This document shows, piece after piece, positions 1 to 12,938 of a stretch of 64,000 nt of DNA (positions are counted from its first letter, which is position 1; every line of letters begins with the position of its first letter). This DNA comes from Hamadaea tsunoensis DSM 44101. Lineage in GTDB: Bacteria; Actinomycetota; Actinomycetes; Mycobacteriales; Micromonosporaceae. The notes under the pieces were generated by a model that saw only the letters and a program-made list of their open reading frames with translations, ran no database searches and had not been told where the DNA came from. Made by a program: the position numbers and the translations under genes. The DNA lies in contig NZ_AUAX01000035.1 of NCBI RefSeq assembly GCF_000428945.1, positions 15,368 through 79,367 of the forward strand. Direction: 5' to 3'.

Positions 1-320
1 AGCGCGCTGGTGACGAGGTCCTGCAGCTGTACGCGCGCCGCACGACCGCCAGTGTCACGCGCCCGGTACTGGAACTGAAGAACTACGCGCGGGTGACGCT
101 CGCCGGCGGCGAGTCGTGCCGGGTGACGTTCGAGCTGCGCGCCGGGCAGCTGGGCTTTCTCGGCCGGGACATGGCGTTCGCGGTCGAGCCGGGCCCCGTC
201 GAGCTGTTCGTCGGCACCTCGTCGCAGGCGCTGACCCCCGCCGGGACGATCGGGATCGTGCCGGGCAAGAGCCCGGCGGTCCAGGAGTACGACGGCGCGG
301 TGACGGTCTCGGCGGCCTGA
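1..320 (+). CDS. Glycoside hydrolase family 3 (beta-glucosidase) C-terminal Fn3-like domain; 5'-truncated by the window edge, stop at 318-320
   Basis: ORF frame 93..320 translates to ...ELRAGQLGFLGRDMAFAVEPGPVELFVGTSS..., typical of the GH3 C-terminal domain; the frame is open back to position 1. Confidence 0.5.
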   Translation, partial: RAGDEVLQLYARRTTASVTRPVLELKNYARVTLAGGESCRVTFELRAGQLGFLGRDMAFAVEPGPVELFVGTSSQALTPAGTIGIVPGKSPAVQEYDGAVTVSAA

Positions 321-336
321 CCCGGGGCGGCGCGGC

Positions 337-773
337 TCAGCGGGGCAGCGTGACCACGGTGACGAAGAACTGGTCGATCTGCCGGACGACCTCGACGAAC
401 CGGTTGAACGTCACCGGCTTGGTCACGTACGCGTTCGCGTGCAGCTTGTAGCTGCGCACGATGTCCTCGTCGGCGGAGGAGGTCGTCAGCACCACGATCG
501 GGATGTCCATGAGGTTCTCATCCGACTTGATCTCGGCGAGGACCTCGCGGCCGTCCATGCGGGGCAGGTTGAGGTCGAGCAGGATCAGGCCGGGCCGGGG
601 CGCGCCGGCGTACTGGCCCTCCCTGCGCAGGAAGGCCAGCGCCTCGACGCCGTCGTCCACCACGTGCAGGCTGTTGCCCAGCTTGTGGTGCTCGAACGCC
701 TCCCGGGTCATGAGCACGTCGCCCGGGTCGTCCTCCACGAGCAGGACGTCGATGATGTTCAGGGTGGCCTCGG

Positions 774-777
<4 letters not shown>
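337..777 (-). CDS. Single-domain response regulator (REC only, no output domain)
   Basis: MTEATLNIIDVLLVEDDPGDVLMTREAFE...LILLDLNLPRMDG...YVTKP receiver motifs; the ATG overlaps the TGA of the upstream kinase (ATGA). Confidence 0.8.
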
Positions 778-2447
<1,670 letters not shown>

Positions 2448-2484
2448 GCGGCTTCTCCAGGGAGCGTTTCCCGGTACGGCTGGG

Positions 2485-3774
2485 TCATGCGGATCCTCCG
2501 GAGGGGGCGGGCGGGTTCGCGGCGATCAGCAGGAGTGCGAGATCGTCGGTGAGCGGGCCGCCGTTGCGTTCGGTGACCGCGGCCACGAGGGCGTCGAGCG
2601 CCTCGGCGTCGGCCGCGCCGGCCGGCAGCAGCCGCAGCAGGCCGTCGACGCCGAGCCGCTCGCGGTCGCCGGACGCCTCGCTGTCGAGCCCTTCGATCAG
2701 GCCGTCGGTGAACAGCAGCATCCGCCAGCCCGGCGGCAGCGCGACCCGCGTCGGCCGCCACGAGGCGTCGTCGAGCAGCCCGAGCGCGGGCCCGCCCGAC
2801 AGCGTGATCTGCCGCCAGCCGTCCGGGGTCGCGAGCAGCGGCGGGGGATGTCCCGCGGCGAAGATCGAGACCTCGTCCCGGGCCGGCGTGATCGAGGCCG
2901 TGCAGACCGTCGCGAACAGCAGGTCCTCGTGGCGTTCGTGGCTGAGCACCCGGTCCATCGTCGCCAGGATCTCCGCGGCCGGCCGCCCGGCGAGCACCAG
3001 GGCGCGCCAGGCGATGCGCAGGGCCACACCGAGCGCGGCCTGATCGGGCCCGTGCCCGGCGACATCGCCGATGATCATGTGAACCGCGCCGGCGGCGTCC
3101 TCGACCACGTCGTAGAAGTCCCCGCCGAGCAGCATCCGCCCGCCGCCCGGCTGGTAGCGCGGGACGACCACCAGCCGCGGATCGGCGACGATCGGCCGGG
3201 GCAGCAGCCCGCGCTCCAGCCGCGCGTTCTCCGCCGCCCGCAACCGCTCCTCCAGCAGCGCAGACTCCACGTCGTCGACGTGGCTGCGCTGGATCGCGTA
3301 CCGGATCGTGCGGATGAGCAGCCGGCCGGTCACCGTGCCCTTGACGAGATAGTCCTGCGCGCCGGAGCCCATCGCCGCGACACCCTGCGCCTCGTCGTTC
3401 AGCCCGGTCAGCACCACGATGGGTACGCGTACCGCGTGCTCGTGCAGGCGGCGCAGGCCGTCGAGGCCGACGGTGTCGGGCAGCCCGAGATCCAGCAGGA
3501 CGCAGTCGACGCCGTCGAGCAGTTCCCGCGCCTCGGACAGCGACCGCGCCCAGCGCAGGCGTACGCGGTCCGGCACGTCCTTCAGCAGCTCCTCGACGAT
3601 GACGAAGTCGCCCTCGTCGTCCTCGACCAGCAGCACTTCGAGAATGCGCTCGTCCGCCGGGGCCGGCCGCTGGACGGGGATGCCCTGGTGACCCGCGCCC
3701 TGGCTCGGCACAGGCGGAAGCCCGGCACGTCCCGCGGCCGCCGGCGGGAATCCGGCGTCGCGTGATCGCACCAT
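2485..3774 (-). CDS. Response regulator receiver fused to a PP2C/SpoIIE phosphatase (RsbY/RsbU-like)
   Basis: ILEVLLVEDDEGD...LLDLGLPDTVG receiver followed by GGDFYDV...IGDVAGHG...LFTDGL PP2C motifs; start chosen at MVRSRD with a GGAGG SD. Upstream in-frame ATGs exist, so the start is uncertain. Confidence 0.75.
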   Translation of the reverse strand: MVRSRDAGFPPAAAGRAGLPPVPSQGAGHQGIPVQRPAPADERILEVLLVEDDEGDFVIVEELLKDVPDRVRLRWARSLSEARELLDGVDCVLLDLGLPDTVGLDGLRRLHEHAVRVPIVVLTGLNDEAQGVAAMGSGAQDYLVKGTVTGRLLIRTIRYAIQRSHVDDVESALLEERLRAAENARLERGLLPRPIVADPRLVVVPRYQPGGGRMLLGGDFYDVVEDAAGAVHMIIGDVAGHGPDQAALGVALRIAWRALVLAGRPAAEILATMDRVLSHERHEDLLFATVCTASITPARDEVSIFAAGHPPPLLATPDGWRQITLSGGPALGLLDDASWRPTRVALPPGWRMLLFTDGLIEGLDSEASGDRERLGVDGLLRLLPAGAADAEALDALVAAVTERNGGPLTDDLALLLIAANPPAPSGGSA

Positions 3775-3838
3775 CTCCCGCCTCCCCTGTGCACCGCCGG
3801 ATCCGGCGTGCGTGCCGTGGTCGCCCCGGCCGTCCCGG

Positions 3839-3876
3839 GCCTGGATGCCGGGCCGGGACCGCCTGGATGTCGGGCC
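3839..3876. repeat. Tandem 16-bp direct repeat GCCTGGATG(C/T)CGGGCC x2 separated by GGGACC, in the divergent promoter region of the PP2C and STAS genes
   Basis: Seen directly at 3839-3854 and 3861-3876. Confidence 0.35.
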
Positions 3877-3986
3877 AAGACTAGAGCATGGCTCGCGTAC
3901 CGTCATCGGCTCGGCAGGCGGCCCGGGCAGGCGTACCGGCGACATGGACCACGCCGTGGTCCGGTGGCGGTGACGAGTCGGGCACC

Positions 3987-4376
3987 ATGCGCTATAACCA
4001 GACCATGACTGCCGCCGGTTCCGATCTCCGCGTCCAGGACGCGACCACCGAGCACGAGAACGTCGTGGTGCTTGCCGTCGCCGGCGAGCTGGACCTGGCG
4101 ACCGTGAAGGCGTTCCGGGAGGCGGTCACCGAGCGCCTCGACGGCAAGATCGACCTCGTGCTCGACGTCGCCGGCCTGGCCTTCTGCGATTCGACCGGGC
4201 TCGGCGCGATCGTCGGCCTGCACCGCGGGGCCAGGGAGGCGGGCGTACGCCTGGTGCTGGCCGGACCGCGGCAGCGGCTGGCGAGCCTGCTGCAGATCTC
4301 CGGGGTCGACCGGGTGGTGGGCGTCTACAAGTCGGTGGACGCGGCCGCGCGGGGCCTGGCCGAGCCGGCCGTCTGA
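3987..4376 (+). CDS. STAS-domain anti-sigma factor antagonist (RsbV/SpoIIAA-like)
   Basis: VVVLAVAGELDLATVKAFREAV...LDVAGLAFCDSTGLGAIVGL is a typical STAS fold; divergent from the REC-PP2C gene; alternative start at 4005. Confidence 0.75.
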   Translation: MRYNQTMTAAGSDLRVQDATTEHENVVVLAVAGELDLATVKAFREAVTERLDGKIDLVLDVAGLAFCDSTGLGAIVGLHRGAREAGVRLVLAGPRQRLASLLQISGVDRVVGVYKSVDAAARGLAEPAV

Positions 4377-4392
4377 ACGGCCGGCCCGGCGC

Positions 4393-4638
4393 TCACTGCA
4401 CCCAGAGGTTGTAGTTGCCCGGGTAGCCCAGGGCCATGTTGGCCGGGGTGACCGTCTGGCAGTACCACTGCGTCCAGTTGTGGTTGGCGACTCCGGCCTG
4501 ACCGTAGTAGGAGCACTGGTCCGGCCAGCCGTAGTTGCCGGCCAGCCGGTACGCGGCCTGTGCCGCGGTGGCGTGCGCCGTGAGCAGCGTCCCGGCGAGC
4601 ACCGCGACCGCGGCCGCGCGCACGATCTTCTTCATCAT
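4393..4638 (-). CDS. Small secreted Tyr/Trp/Asn/Gly-rich two-cysteine protein (signal peptide plus ~53-aa mature part), function unknown
   Basis: MMKKIVRAAAVAVLAGTLLTAHATAAQA signal peptide then AYRLAGNYGWPDQCSYYGQAGVANHNWTQWYCQTVTPANMALGYPGNYNLWVQ; AT-rich palindromic upstream region 4640-4700. Confidence 0.5.
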   Translation of the reverse strand: MMKKIVRAAAVAVLAGTLLTAHATAAQAAYRLAGNYGWPDQCSYYGQAGVANHNWTQWYCQTVTPANMALGYPGNYNLWVQ

Positions 4639-4718
4639 GAGATGACGTTATATCGATCTGTTAACAACCAAAACAGTTGGCTGTCGATCGATGTCCGGCC
4701 GATCAACCGATGGTGACC

Positions 4719-5141
4719 TTATTCGGCCGGCTCCAGCCGCAGGCTGATGCTGTTGATGCAGTAGCGCTGGTCCGTCGGGGTCGGGTAGCCCTCGCCCTCG
4801 AACACGTGCCCCAGGTGCGAGCCGCAGTTCGCGCACAGCACCTCGACCCGCGTCATGCCGAAGCTGCGGTCGGTGTGCAAGGTCACCGCGGCGTCCTTCG
4901 GGTCGTAGAACGACGGCCAGCCGCAGTGCGAGTCGAACTTCGTGTCGCTCTCGAACAGCGCCGCGCCGCACGCCCGGCACCGGTAGACGCCCTTGGTCTT
5001 CGTGTCGGTGTACTCGCCGGTGAACGCGGGTTCCGTGCCGGCCTCGCGCAGGACCCGGAACTCCGCCGGCGTGAGGCGTACCCGCCACTCGTCCTCGGTC
5101 AGCTCCACCGGCGGCGTGGTGTCTGAGGAGATCTTGTCCAT
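4719..5141 (-). CDS. msrB: Peptide-methionine (R)-S-oxide reductase MsrB
   Basis: CxxC...CxxC zinc site and catalytic RYCINS motif (CRACGAALF...HCGWPSF...[12 protein letters not shown]...RYCINSISL); start at the MDKISS methionine. Confidence 0.9.
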   Translation of the reverse strand: MDKISSDTTPPVELTEDEWRVRLTPAEFRVLREAGTEPAFTGEYTDTKTKGVYRCRACGAALFESDTKFDSHCGWPSFYDPKDAAVTLHTDRSFGMTRVEVLCANCGSHLGHVFEGEGYPTPTDQRYCINSISLRLEPAE

Positions 5142-5170
5142 ACCTGAACGGTACGCGGTAGCGTCGGGGC

Positions 5171-6178
5171 ATGCCCAAGGCCGAGGCACAGACGTTCGAG
5201 ATCGGTAATAGATCCGTCAAACTCTCCAGCCCCGACAAGGTGATGTTCCCGGACCGCGGTTTCACCAAGCGGGACGTGTTCGACTACTACGTGACGGTCG
5301 GCGAGTCGATGCTGCGGGCGGTCGGCAACCGGCCGACGACCCTGCAGCGCTTCCCCGAGGGGATCGGCGGCGAGGTGTTCTACCAGAAACGCGTACCCGA
5401 GCGGGGGACGCCGGACTGGCTGACGACAGCCGAGATCACCTTCCCGAGTGGACGCAAGGCGACCGAGCTGTGCCCGACCGAGGTGGCGCACCTCGCCTGG
5501 GCGGCCCAGATGGGCACCATCGTCTTCCACCCCTGGCCCGTACGCCAGGCGGACACCGACCGCCCCGACGAACTGCGGATCGACCTGGACCCCCAGCCGG
5601 GCACCGATTTCGGCGACGCGGTGGCGGTCGCGCTCCAGGCCCGCGAGGTGCTCGCCGAGGCCGGGCTGACCGCGTGGCCGAAGACGTCCGGCGGCCGCGG
5701 CGTACACCTCTATGTGCGCATCCGCCCGGAATGGGACTTCATCGCCGCCCGGCATGCGGTGATCGCCTTCGGCCGGGAGCTGGAACGGCGCAACCCGGAG
5801 AAGGTCACGATGGCCTGGTGGAAGGAGGAGCGCGGCGAGCGGATCTTCATCGACTTCAACCAGATGTGCCGGGACCGCACGATCGCGGCACCCTACTCCC
5901 TGCGAGCCAACCCCCGCGCCACCGTCAGTACGCCGGTCACCTGGGACGAACTGCCCGACGTCGGCCCGGACGACTTCGATCTGCGCACGGTGCCGGAACT
6001 GCTGGCCCGCCGCGGCGACGCCTGGGCCGGCCTCGACGACGCGCCCGCGGGGCTGGAAACGCTGCTGGACTGGTGGGAGAAGGACCCGGTCGAGCAGCCC
6101 TACCCGCCGGACTATCCCAAGATGCCCGGTGAGCCCATGCGCGTCCAGCCCTCGCGGGCGCGCAACGTCGAGGAGTGA
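5171..6178 (+). CDS. Stand-alone NHEJ primase-polymerase (LigD polymerase domain / PolDom)
   Basis: N-terminal [23 protein letters not shown] and internal [12 protein letters not shown] motifs typical of LigD Pol domains; ~335 aa with no ligase or nuclease domain. Confidence 0.8.
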   Translation: MPKAEAQTFEIGNRSVKLSSPDKVMFPDRGFTKRDVFDYYVTVGESMLRAVGNRPTTLQRFPEGIGGEVFYQKRVPERGTPDWLTTAEITFPSGRKATELCPTEVAHLAWAAQMGTIVFHPWPVRQADTDRPDELRIDLDPQPGTDFGDAVAVALQAREVLAEAGLTAWPKTSGGRGVHLYVRIRPEWDFIAARHAVIAFGRELERRNPEKVTMAWWKEERGERIFIDFNQMCRDRTIAAPYSLRANPRATVSTPVTWDELPDVGPDDFDLRTVPELLARRGDAWAGLDDAPAGLETLLDWWEKDPVEQPYPPDYPKMPGEPMRVQPSRARNVEE

Positions 6179-6191
6179 CGTCGAGGAGTGA

Positions 6192-7697
6192 TCAGGCCGG
6201 GCAGGTCTTCCCCTCGGCCGGCACCTTGAGGTCGATCAGGTAGCTGTTGACCGCGTCGGAGATGCATCGCGTCGCCGGGTACGCCGTGTGCCCCTCACCC
6301 TCCCAGGTCAGCACGTGTCCGACGCCGAGCATGTTCGCGAGGACGGCCGTCTGCTCGTAGGGCGTGGCGGGGTCGCCCTTGGTGCCGACGACCACGATCG
6401 GCGGGGCGCCCACGGCCTTGCCGGTCGGCACCGGATCGTGGCCGCCCTGCCACAGCGAGCACGTCAGCGAGCCGACCGCGAGCGGGGCCCCGAACATCGG
6501 GTACTTGCCGCGCCACTGGGACTGCAGGTCGCGTACCTGGTCGACGGTCGGCGGGTGCGGGTCGTCGGTGCAGTTGACGGCGGCGTTGGCGTCGAACAGG
6601 TTGCTGTACGTGCCGTCGGGGGAGCGTTCGGCGTACTCGTCGGCGAGGTCGAAGACCCGGCTGGCGTCACCGTCGCGCAGGGCGTCGATGGCGTCGGCCA
6701 GGTCGGACCAGCGCTCCTTCGTGTAAAGCGCCGAGATCACGGAGTAGAAGACCCAGCCGGACGTCGCCAGCCGCCCCTTCTCGTCCACCGGATTCGTCCG
6801 CGCCTTGTCGATCTGCTGCGTGATGACGGAGCGGGCGTCGGGCGCGATCGGGCACGAGGAGGTGTGCCCCTTGCACCAGTCGGTGAAGTTGGTGAACGCC
6901 CGCTCGAAGCCCTTGGCCTGCGACTCGCCGGACTCGACCGAGGTCTGCGTCGGGTCGACCGCCCCGTCCAGGACCATCGCGCGGATCTTGGTCGGGAACA
7001 GCTGCGCGTACGTGGCGCCGAGCAGGGTGCCGTAGGAGTAGCCGAGGTAGTTGAGCTTGTCGTCGCCGACGGCCTGGCGGATCGCGTCCATGTCCTTCGC
7101 GGCCTGCACGGTGCCGAAGTTCTTGAGCTTGTCCCCGTACTTGGCGTGGCAGCCGTCGTCGATCTTCCTGGTCAGCGACACGAGGCCGTCGAACAGCTCC
7201 TGGCTCACCGGGTCCGGGTCGTAGCCGAACTGCTTGTCCAGGTCGCTGTCGGACATGCACTTGATCGGCGTCGAGCGGCCCACGCCGCGCGGGTCGAACC
7301 CGATCAGATCGAACCGGCGCAGCACGTCCAGCGGCAGCGCGTTGGTCAGGTACACCGCGGTGTCCACACCGGACCCGCCGGGGCCGCCCGGGTTGACCAG
7401 CAAGGAGCCGATGCGGTCCTTCTGGCTGCCGACCCGGGCCCGGATCAGCGAGATCTGGATCTTCTCGCCGTCCGGCTTCGACCAGTCGGCCGGCACGTCG
7501 ATCTTCGCGCAGTGGAACTGGAAGCTCTTGGAGACGTGCGGGTAGACCTCCTGCGCCACATCGGAACAGGGGGTCCACATGCCGTCCTGGGTGGCCGCCG
7601 GGGCCGCGCCCTCGCCGCCGCCGAGGCCGCGCGGCAGGAAGCACGCGGCCGACAGCAATGCCGCCATGGCCAGGATCAGCATCCGGCGTACTCGCAT
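6192..7697 (-). CDS. Secreted S33-family tripeptidyl aminopeptidase (alpha/beta hydrolase lipoprotein)
   Basis: Lipoprotein signal (LLSAAC); GYSYGT nucleophile elbow; overall similarity to Streptomyces Tap/SlpD-type peptidases. Confidence 0.8.
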   Translation of the reverse strand: MRVRRMLILAMAALLSAACFLPRGLGGGEGAAPAATQDGMWTPCSDVAQEVYPHVSKSFQFHCAKIDVPADWSKPDGEKIQISLIRARVGSQKDRIGSLLVNPGGPGGSGVDTAVYLTNALPLDVLRRFDLIGFDPRGVGRSTPIKCMSDSDLDKQFGYDPDPVSQELFDGLVSLTRKIDDGCHAKYGDKLKNFGTVQAAKDMDAIRQAVGDDKLNYLGYSYGTLLGATYAQLFPTKIRAMVLDGAVDPTQTSVESGESQAKGFERAFTNFTDWCKGHTSSCPIAPDARSVITQQIDKARTNPVDEKGRLATSGWVFYSVISALYTKERWSDLADAIDALRDGDASRVFDLADEYAERSPDGTYSNLFDANAAVNCTDDPHPPTVDQVRDLQSQWRGKYPMFGAPLAVGSLTCSLWQGGHDPVPTGKAVGAPPIVVVGTKGDPATPYEQTAVLANMLGVGHVLTWEGEGHTAYPATRCISDAVNSYLIDLKVPAEGKTCPA

Positions 7698-7736
7698 GGT
7701 CTTCCCTCCGGCAGACGGCTGTGATCGGGTTCGAGC

Positions 7737-8813
7737 CTACTTGCCCGGTTCACCCCCGGCGGCGAGGACCTCGGCGACGTCGAGCCGGATCGGGCGCTCG
7801 AGCTGCTCATAGGTGCACGACGCCGGGTCGCGGTCGGGCCGCCAGCGCAGGAACTGACCGGGATGGCGCAGCCGGTCGCCCTCCATCGCGTCGAACCCGA
7901 CCTCGACGACCAGCTTGGGCTCCAGGCGCTCGAACGAGGTGTCCTTGCCGGAGTTCCAGCGGTTCGGGGCGGCGGGGATGCGCTGGCCGGCCACCGGCTC
8001 GTTCCACGGATGCTCCGCCGGATCCCGGTACGCGGCGATCTCGTCGAGCAGTTCCGACCGGCGCGCGACGCTGAACGCCGAGGTGACCCCGATCGAGTGC
8101 AGTACGCCGTCGTCGTAGAGGCCGAGCAGCAGCGAGCCGACCACCGGACCGGACTTGTGCCAGCGGAAACCGGCCACGACCGCGTCGAGCGTACGCGCGT
8201 GCTTGATCTTTTTCATGAGCCGCTTGCCCGGCACGTAGAGCAGGTCGGCGGGCTTGGCGATGAGGCCGTCGAGCCCGGCGCCCTCGAACTCCTCGAACCA
8301 CCGGTGCGCGGTGGCCGCGTCCGTCGTGACCGGGGTGAGGTGCACGGGGGGCTTCACCTGCGCGAGGGCCTCGGCGAGGCGGGCGCGGCGCTGTGGGAAG
8401 GGGAGCCCGGTCAGGTCCTCGTCGCCGAGCGCGAGCAGGTCGAACGCGACGATCTCGGCGGGCGTCTCGACGGCGAGCTTCTGTACGCGGCTGGCGGCCG
8501 GATGGATGCGCTGTGCGAGCAGCTCGAAGTCGAGCTTGGGCAGGACGCCCGGGTCGCGCCGGACCACGATCAGCTCGCAGTCGATGACGCTGCGCTCGGG
8601 CAGCTGCGCGAGCGCCTGGTCGACGACCTCGGGGAAGTAGCGCGTCAGGGTCTTGCCGCCGCGGCTGGCCAGCTCGACCTCGTCCCCGTCGCGGAAGACG
8701 ATGCAGCGGAAGCCGTCCCACTTGGGCTCGTAGCTCATCCCCGGGTCCTCCGGGATCGCCGGCACGGCCGTGGCCAGCATGGGTTCCAGTGAGATGTCGA
8801 GCGGAAGCTTCAT
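7737..8813 (-). CDS. ligC: ATP-dependent DNA ligase, LigC-like (~358 aa, ligase domain only)
   Basis: Motif I EPKWDGFR (KxDG adenylation lysine); length matches LigC-type ligases; 39 bp upstream of the peptidase gene on the same strand. Confidence 0.8.
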   Translation of the reverse strand: MKLPLDISLEPMLATAVPAIPEDPGMSYEPKWDGFRCIVFRDGDEVELASRGGKTLTRYFPEVVDQALAQLPERSVIDCELIVVRRDPGVLPKLDFELLAQRIHPAASRVQKLAVETPAEIVAFDLLALGDEDLTGLPFPQRRARLAEALAQVKPPVHLTPVTTDAATAHRWFEEFEGAGLDGLIAKPADLLYVPGKRLMKKIKHARTLDAVVAGFRWHKSGPVVGSLLLGLYDDGVLHSIGVTSAFSVARRSELLDEIAAYRDPAEHPWNEPVAGQRIPAAPNRWNSGKDTSFERLEPKLVVEVGFDAMEGDRLRHPGQFLRWRPDRDPASCTYEQLERPIRLDVAEVLAAGGEPGK

Positions 8814-9101
8814 GCGGCAAGTCTTCCACCGCCCCCTGACATCCCGCTCGCCCCACGCGGATCACCTGCTCACGGGGCGCGTGAGAGAACGACGAATGTG
8901 CCTTCATGGTCCCGAAATGATCGAGACTCTTGTGCTTTTAGGAAAGTTTACTTATAACTTCATCCATGGGTGAGCCAGCTCACCGTCCTGCCGGTCGGCG
9001 TGGACGGCGGGCGGGCGAACCGCGGGGGGACAGCGCAAGACGCGCCGGACGCCACAGCGTACGGCCGCGGACAGGGATCAGCGACGCGCAGGAGAGTGCA
9101 A

Positions 9102-11084
<1,983 letters not shown>

Positions 11085-11110
11085 TTCTCTGAAACAAACT
11101 CTCTGAGACG

Positions 11111-11145
11111 AAGGCCGGCGCTCTCTCCCATGGGGCGCCGGCCTT
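11111..11145 (+). terminator. GC-rich hairpin AAGGCCGGCGC-loop-GCGCCGGCCTT downstream of the chitinase gene
   Basis: 11-bp perfect inverted repeat 27 nt after the stop; no T-tract, as is common in high-GC actinomycetes. Confidence 0.45.
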
Positions 11146-11164
11146 TCCGCACCTCAAGATCAAA

Positions 11165-11979
11165 TTCAAGATCTTTTTAAAGATTTTGTCCCGGGTTCGT
11201 CGATCTCACTTCCGCTCCTCCCGCGGGAGACCGTTGCGCCCCTATCGCTGCGCTCCGGGGACTCCACTGCCAGCACAGTGGGGCGAAGCATCGTTCACCG
11301 TCGTCCGGTCACCGTTTACCCCGAACCCCGCCCCGGCCTTTGTCGCGACTGTCCGAAATGGTGGTTGGGTGGGTCGGCTTGCTGGTGACCGTTCGCGGCG
11401 GGGATGTAGTTTTCGGGGCTGTTCTCTCGATCCATTGCGGCTGGGATGTCGATTCGGGCTGGTTTTCTACATCCGCCCGCTGTGGATCTTGGGTGCGGGT
11501 GCGTTTTTACATCTCGGCCGCTGTGGATCATGCCCAAGCCGTCAGGCCGTCCCGGGTGGTCCGGGATGCGGGAACGGTCTTCCGTCATGTGGGCGCCGGG
11601 CCTGGGTTTCTTGATCGTTTGCGGCTGGGGTGTAATTCTGGCCCGATCTGCATGATCGTTTGCGGGTCAGGTGTAGCAATAGCCGGTCAGTGCGCTCCGG
11701 AACCGTAAACGATCATGCGGGAGGCGGCTGTTCTGCACCTCAGCCGTAATCGATCACCCGCCCGACCGGGCGGGCGGCCGCACAAGTTGGACAGTCGGGA
11801 CAAAGTCCGGTGGGGGTTGGGGTGAGAGGGTGACCGGGCCGCGGTGGATGATGCTTCGCCCCACAAACCTGGCAGTGGAGGTCCCGCCCGGGTTTGGCGG
11901 GGCCGGAGCGGTCTCCCGCGCGAGGAGCGGAGGTGAGATCGACGAACCCGGGACAAAATGCTCTCACGGATCTTTATTA
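11165..11979. mobile_element. MITE-like non-autonomous element copy A (~815 bp) with long terminal inverted repeats, no credible ORF
   Basis: Left end TTCAAGATCTTTTTAAAGATTTTGTCCCGGGTTCGTCGATCTCACTTCCGCTCCTCCCGCGGGAGACCGTT is the reverse complement of the right end AACGGTCTCCCGCGCGAGGAGCGGAGGTGAGATCGACGAACCCGGGACAAAA...GATCTTT; in this copy the TIR extends to ~130 bp; second copy at 41008-41831. Confidence 0.6.
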
Positions 11980-12867
11980 GAACGACTTGAACGACCGGAT
12001 CGGCATGCGGGGGCCGAACCGTGGCGCGCCGATGCCCTCGCGGAGCAGGAGTTGGCAGACGCGGCCGCGGTGACCTCGGAAGGGCTCCAGGAGTTCGAGC
12101 ATCCGCTCGTCGGTGGCGCGTGGTTCGCCCGCGAGCGCCCAAGCGACCTGGTTCTTGAGGTGGTAGTCCCCGACGCTGACCGCGTCCGGATCGCCGTACG
12201 CGTTGCGCAGCACCTCGGCCGTCGTCCACACCCCGATGCCGTGCACGGCGAGGAGGCGTTGCTCGGTCTGTACGCGTTCGCGCAGCGGCCAGGGCTGCCG
12301 GGCGACGCGCAGGACGGTGTCGGCGCGCTTCTGTTCGAGGCCGAGCGGGTGGAAGTCGTAGTACCGCAACGCCGCCACCTGCTCCTGATGCGGCGGCAGG
12401 AGGAGGGACGCGTGCGGACCGGGCGCGGACTCCCGGAACTTGCGGACGATCGCCGAGTACGCCTGGTACGCCTCCTTCCCGGTGACCTTCTGCTCGCATA
12501 TGGCCCGCAGGACGTGCGGGAAGACGAGGCCCGTGGCGGGCAGCCGGAGCCCGGCGTGCCGGCGGGCGAGGTCGGCGACGAGCGGATGGGCGGCGGCCAG
12601 CTCGGCGAAGGCGGTGAGGTCGTCGCGGAGCCCGTAGACGGCGTCCGCCCGGTCGAGGAACCACTCCGCCCCGTCCCCGTACGCTTCCGCGGTCCCGTCC
12701 GGGTGCAGGCCGAGCGATCCGGGCCCGGACGGCGTACGCCCGGCGAGCCAGAAGACGCCGTCGATGAACCGGACGGACGGGTCATGCCGGCCGAGGGACA
12801 GCTGGCCGAGCGAGCCGGCGAAGTCGTACCTCGCCGGCAGCTCGATGGTCCTGGTCAGCCGGTGCAT
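11977..12867 (-). CDS. alkA: HhH-GPD DNA glycosylase, AlkA-like (DNA-3-methyladenine glycosylase II)
   Basis: HhH-GPD region ...LLAVHGIGVWTAEVL...GDPDAV...D; AlkA-like N-terminal domain; its stop codon TAA lies inside the conserved right end of the MITE-like element. Confidence 0.7.
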   Translation of the reverse strand: MHRLTRTIELPARYDFAGSLGQLSLGRHDPSVRFIDGVFWLAGRTPSGPGSLGLHPDGTAEAYGDGAEWFLDRADAVYGLRDDLTAFAELAAAHPLVADLARRHAGLRLPATGLVFPHVLRAICEQKVTGKEAYQAYSAIVRKFRESAPGPHASLLLPPHQEQVAALRYYDFHPLGLEQKRADTVLRVARQPWPLRERVQTEQRLLAVHGIGVWTTAEVLRNAYGDPDAVSVGDYHLKNQVAWALAGEPRATDERMLELLEPFRGHRGRVCQLLLREGIGAPRFGPRMPIRSFKSF

Positions 12868-12938
12868 GCCGACCATTGTGCCTGGGCGGCTCCCCTGGGC
12901 CCGTCTTCCGGATCATCCGTGGTCCAGGAGACGGGACT

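Noticed and set aside
11186-11708. Small ORFs inside the MITE-like elements (for example 11186-11614, 11340-11708, 41102-41314), including the SRVRRSH(F/L)RSSRGRPLRP peptide
   Set aside because: The same peptide is encoded on both strands because it is the translation of the TIR itself. The frames differ between the two copies through indels, so they are not conserved coding sequences.
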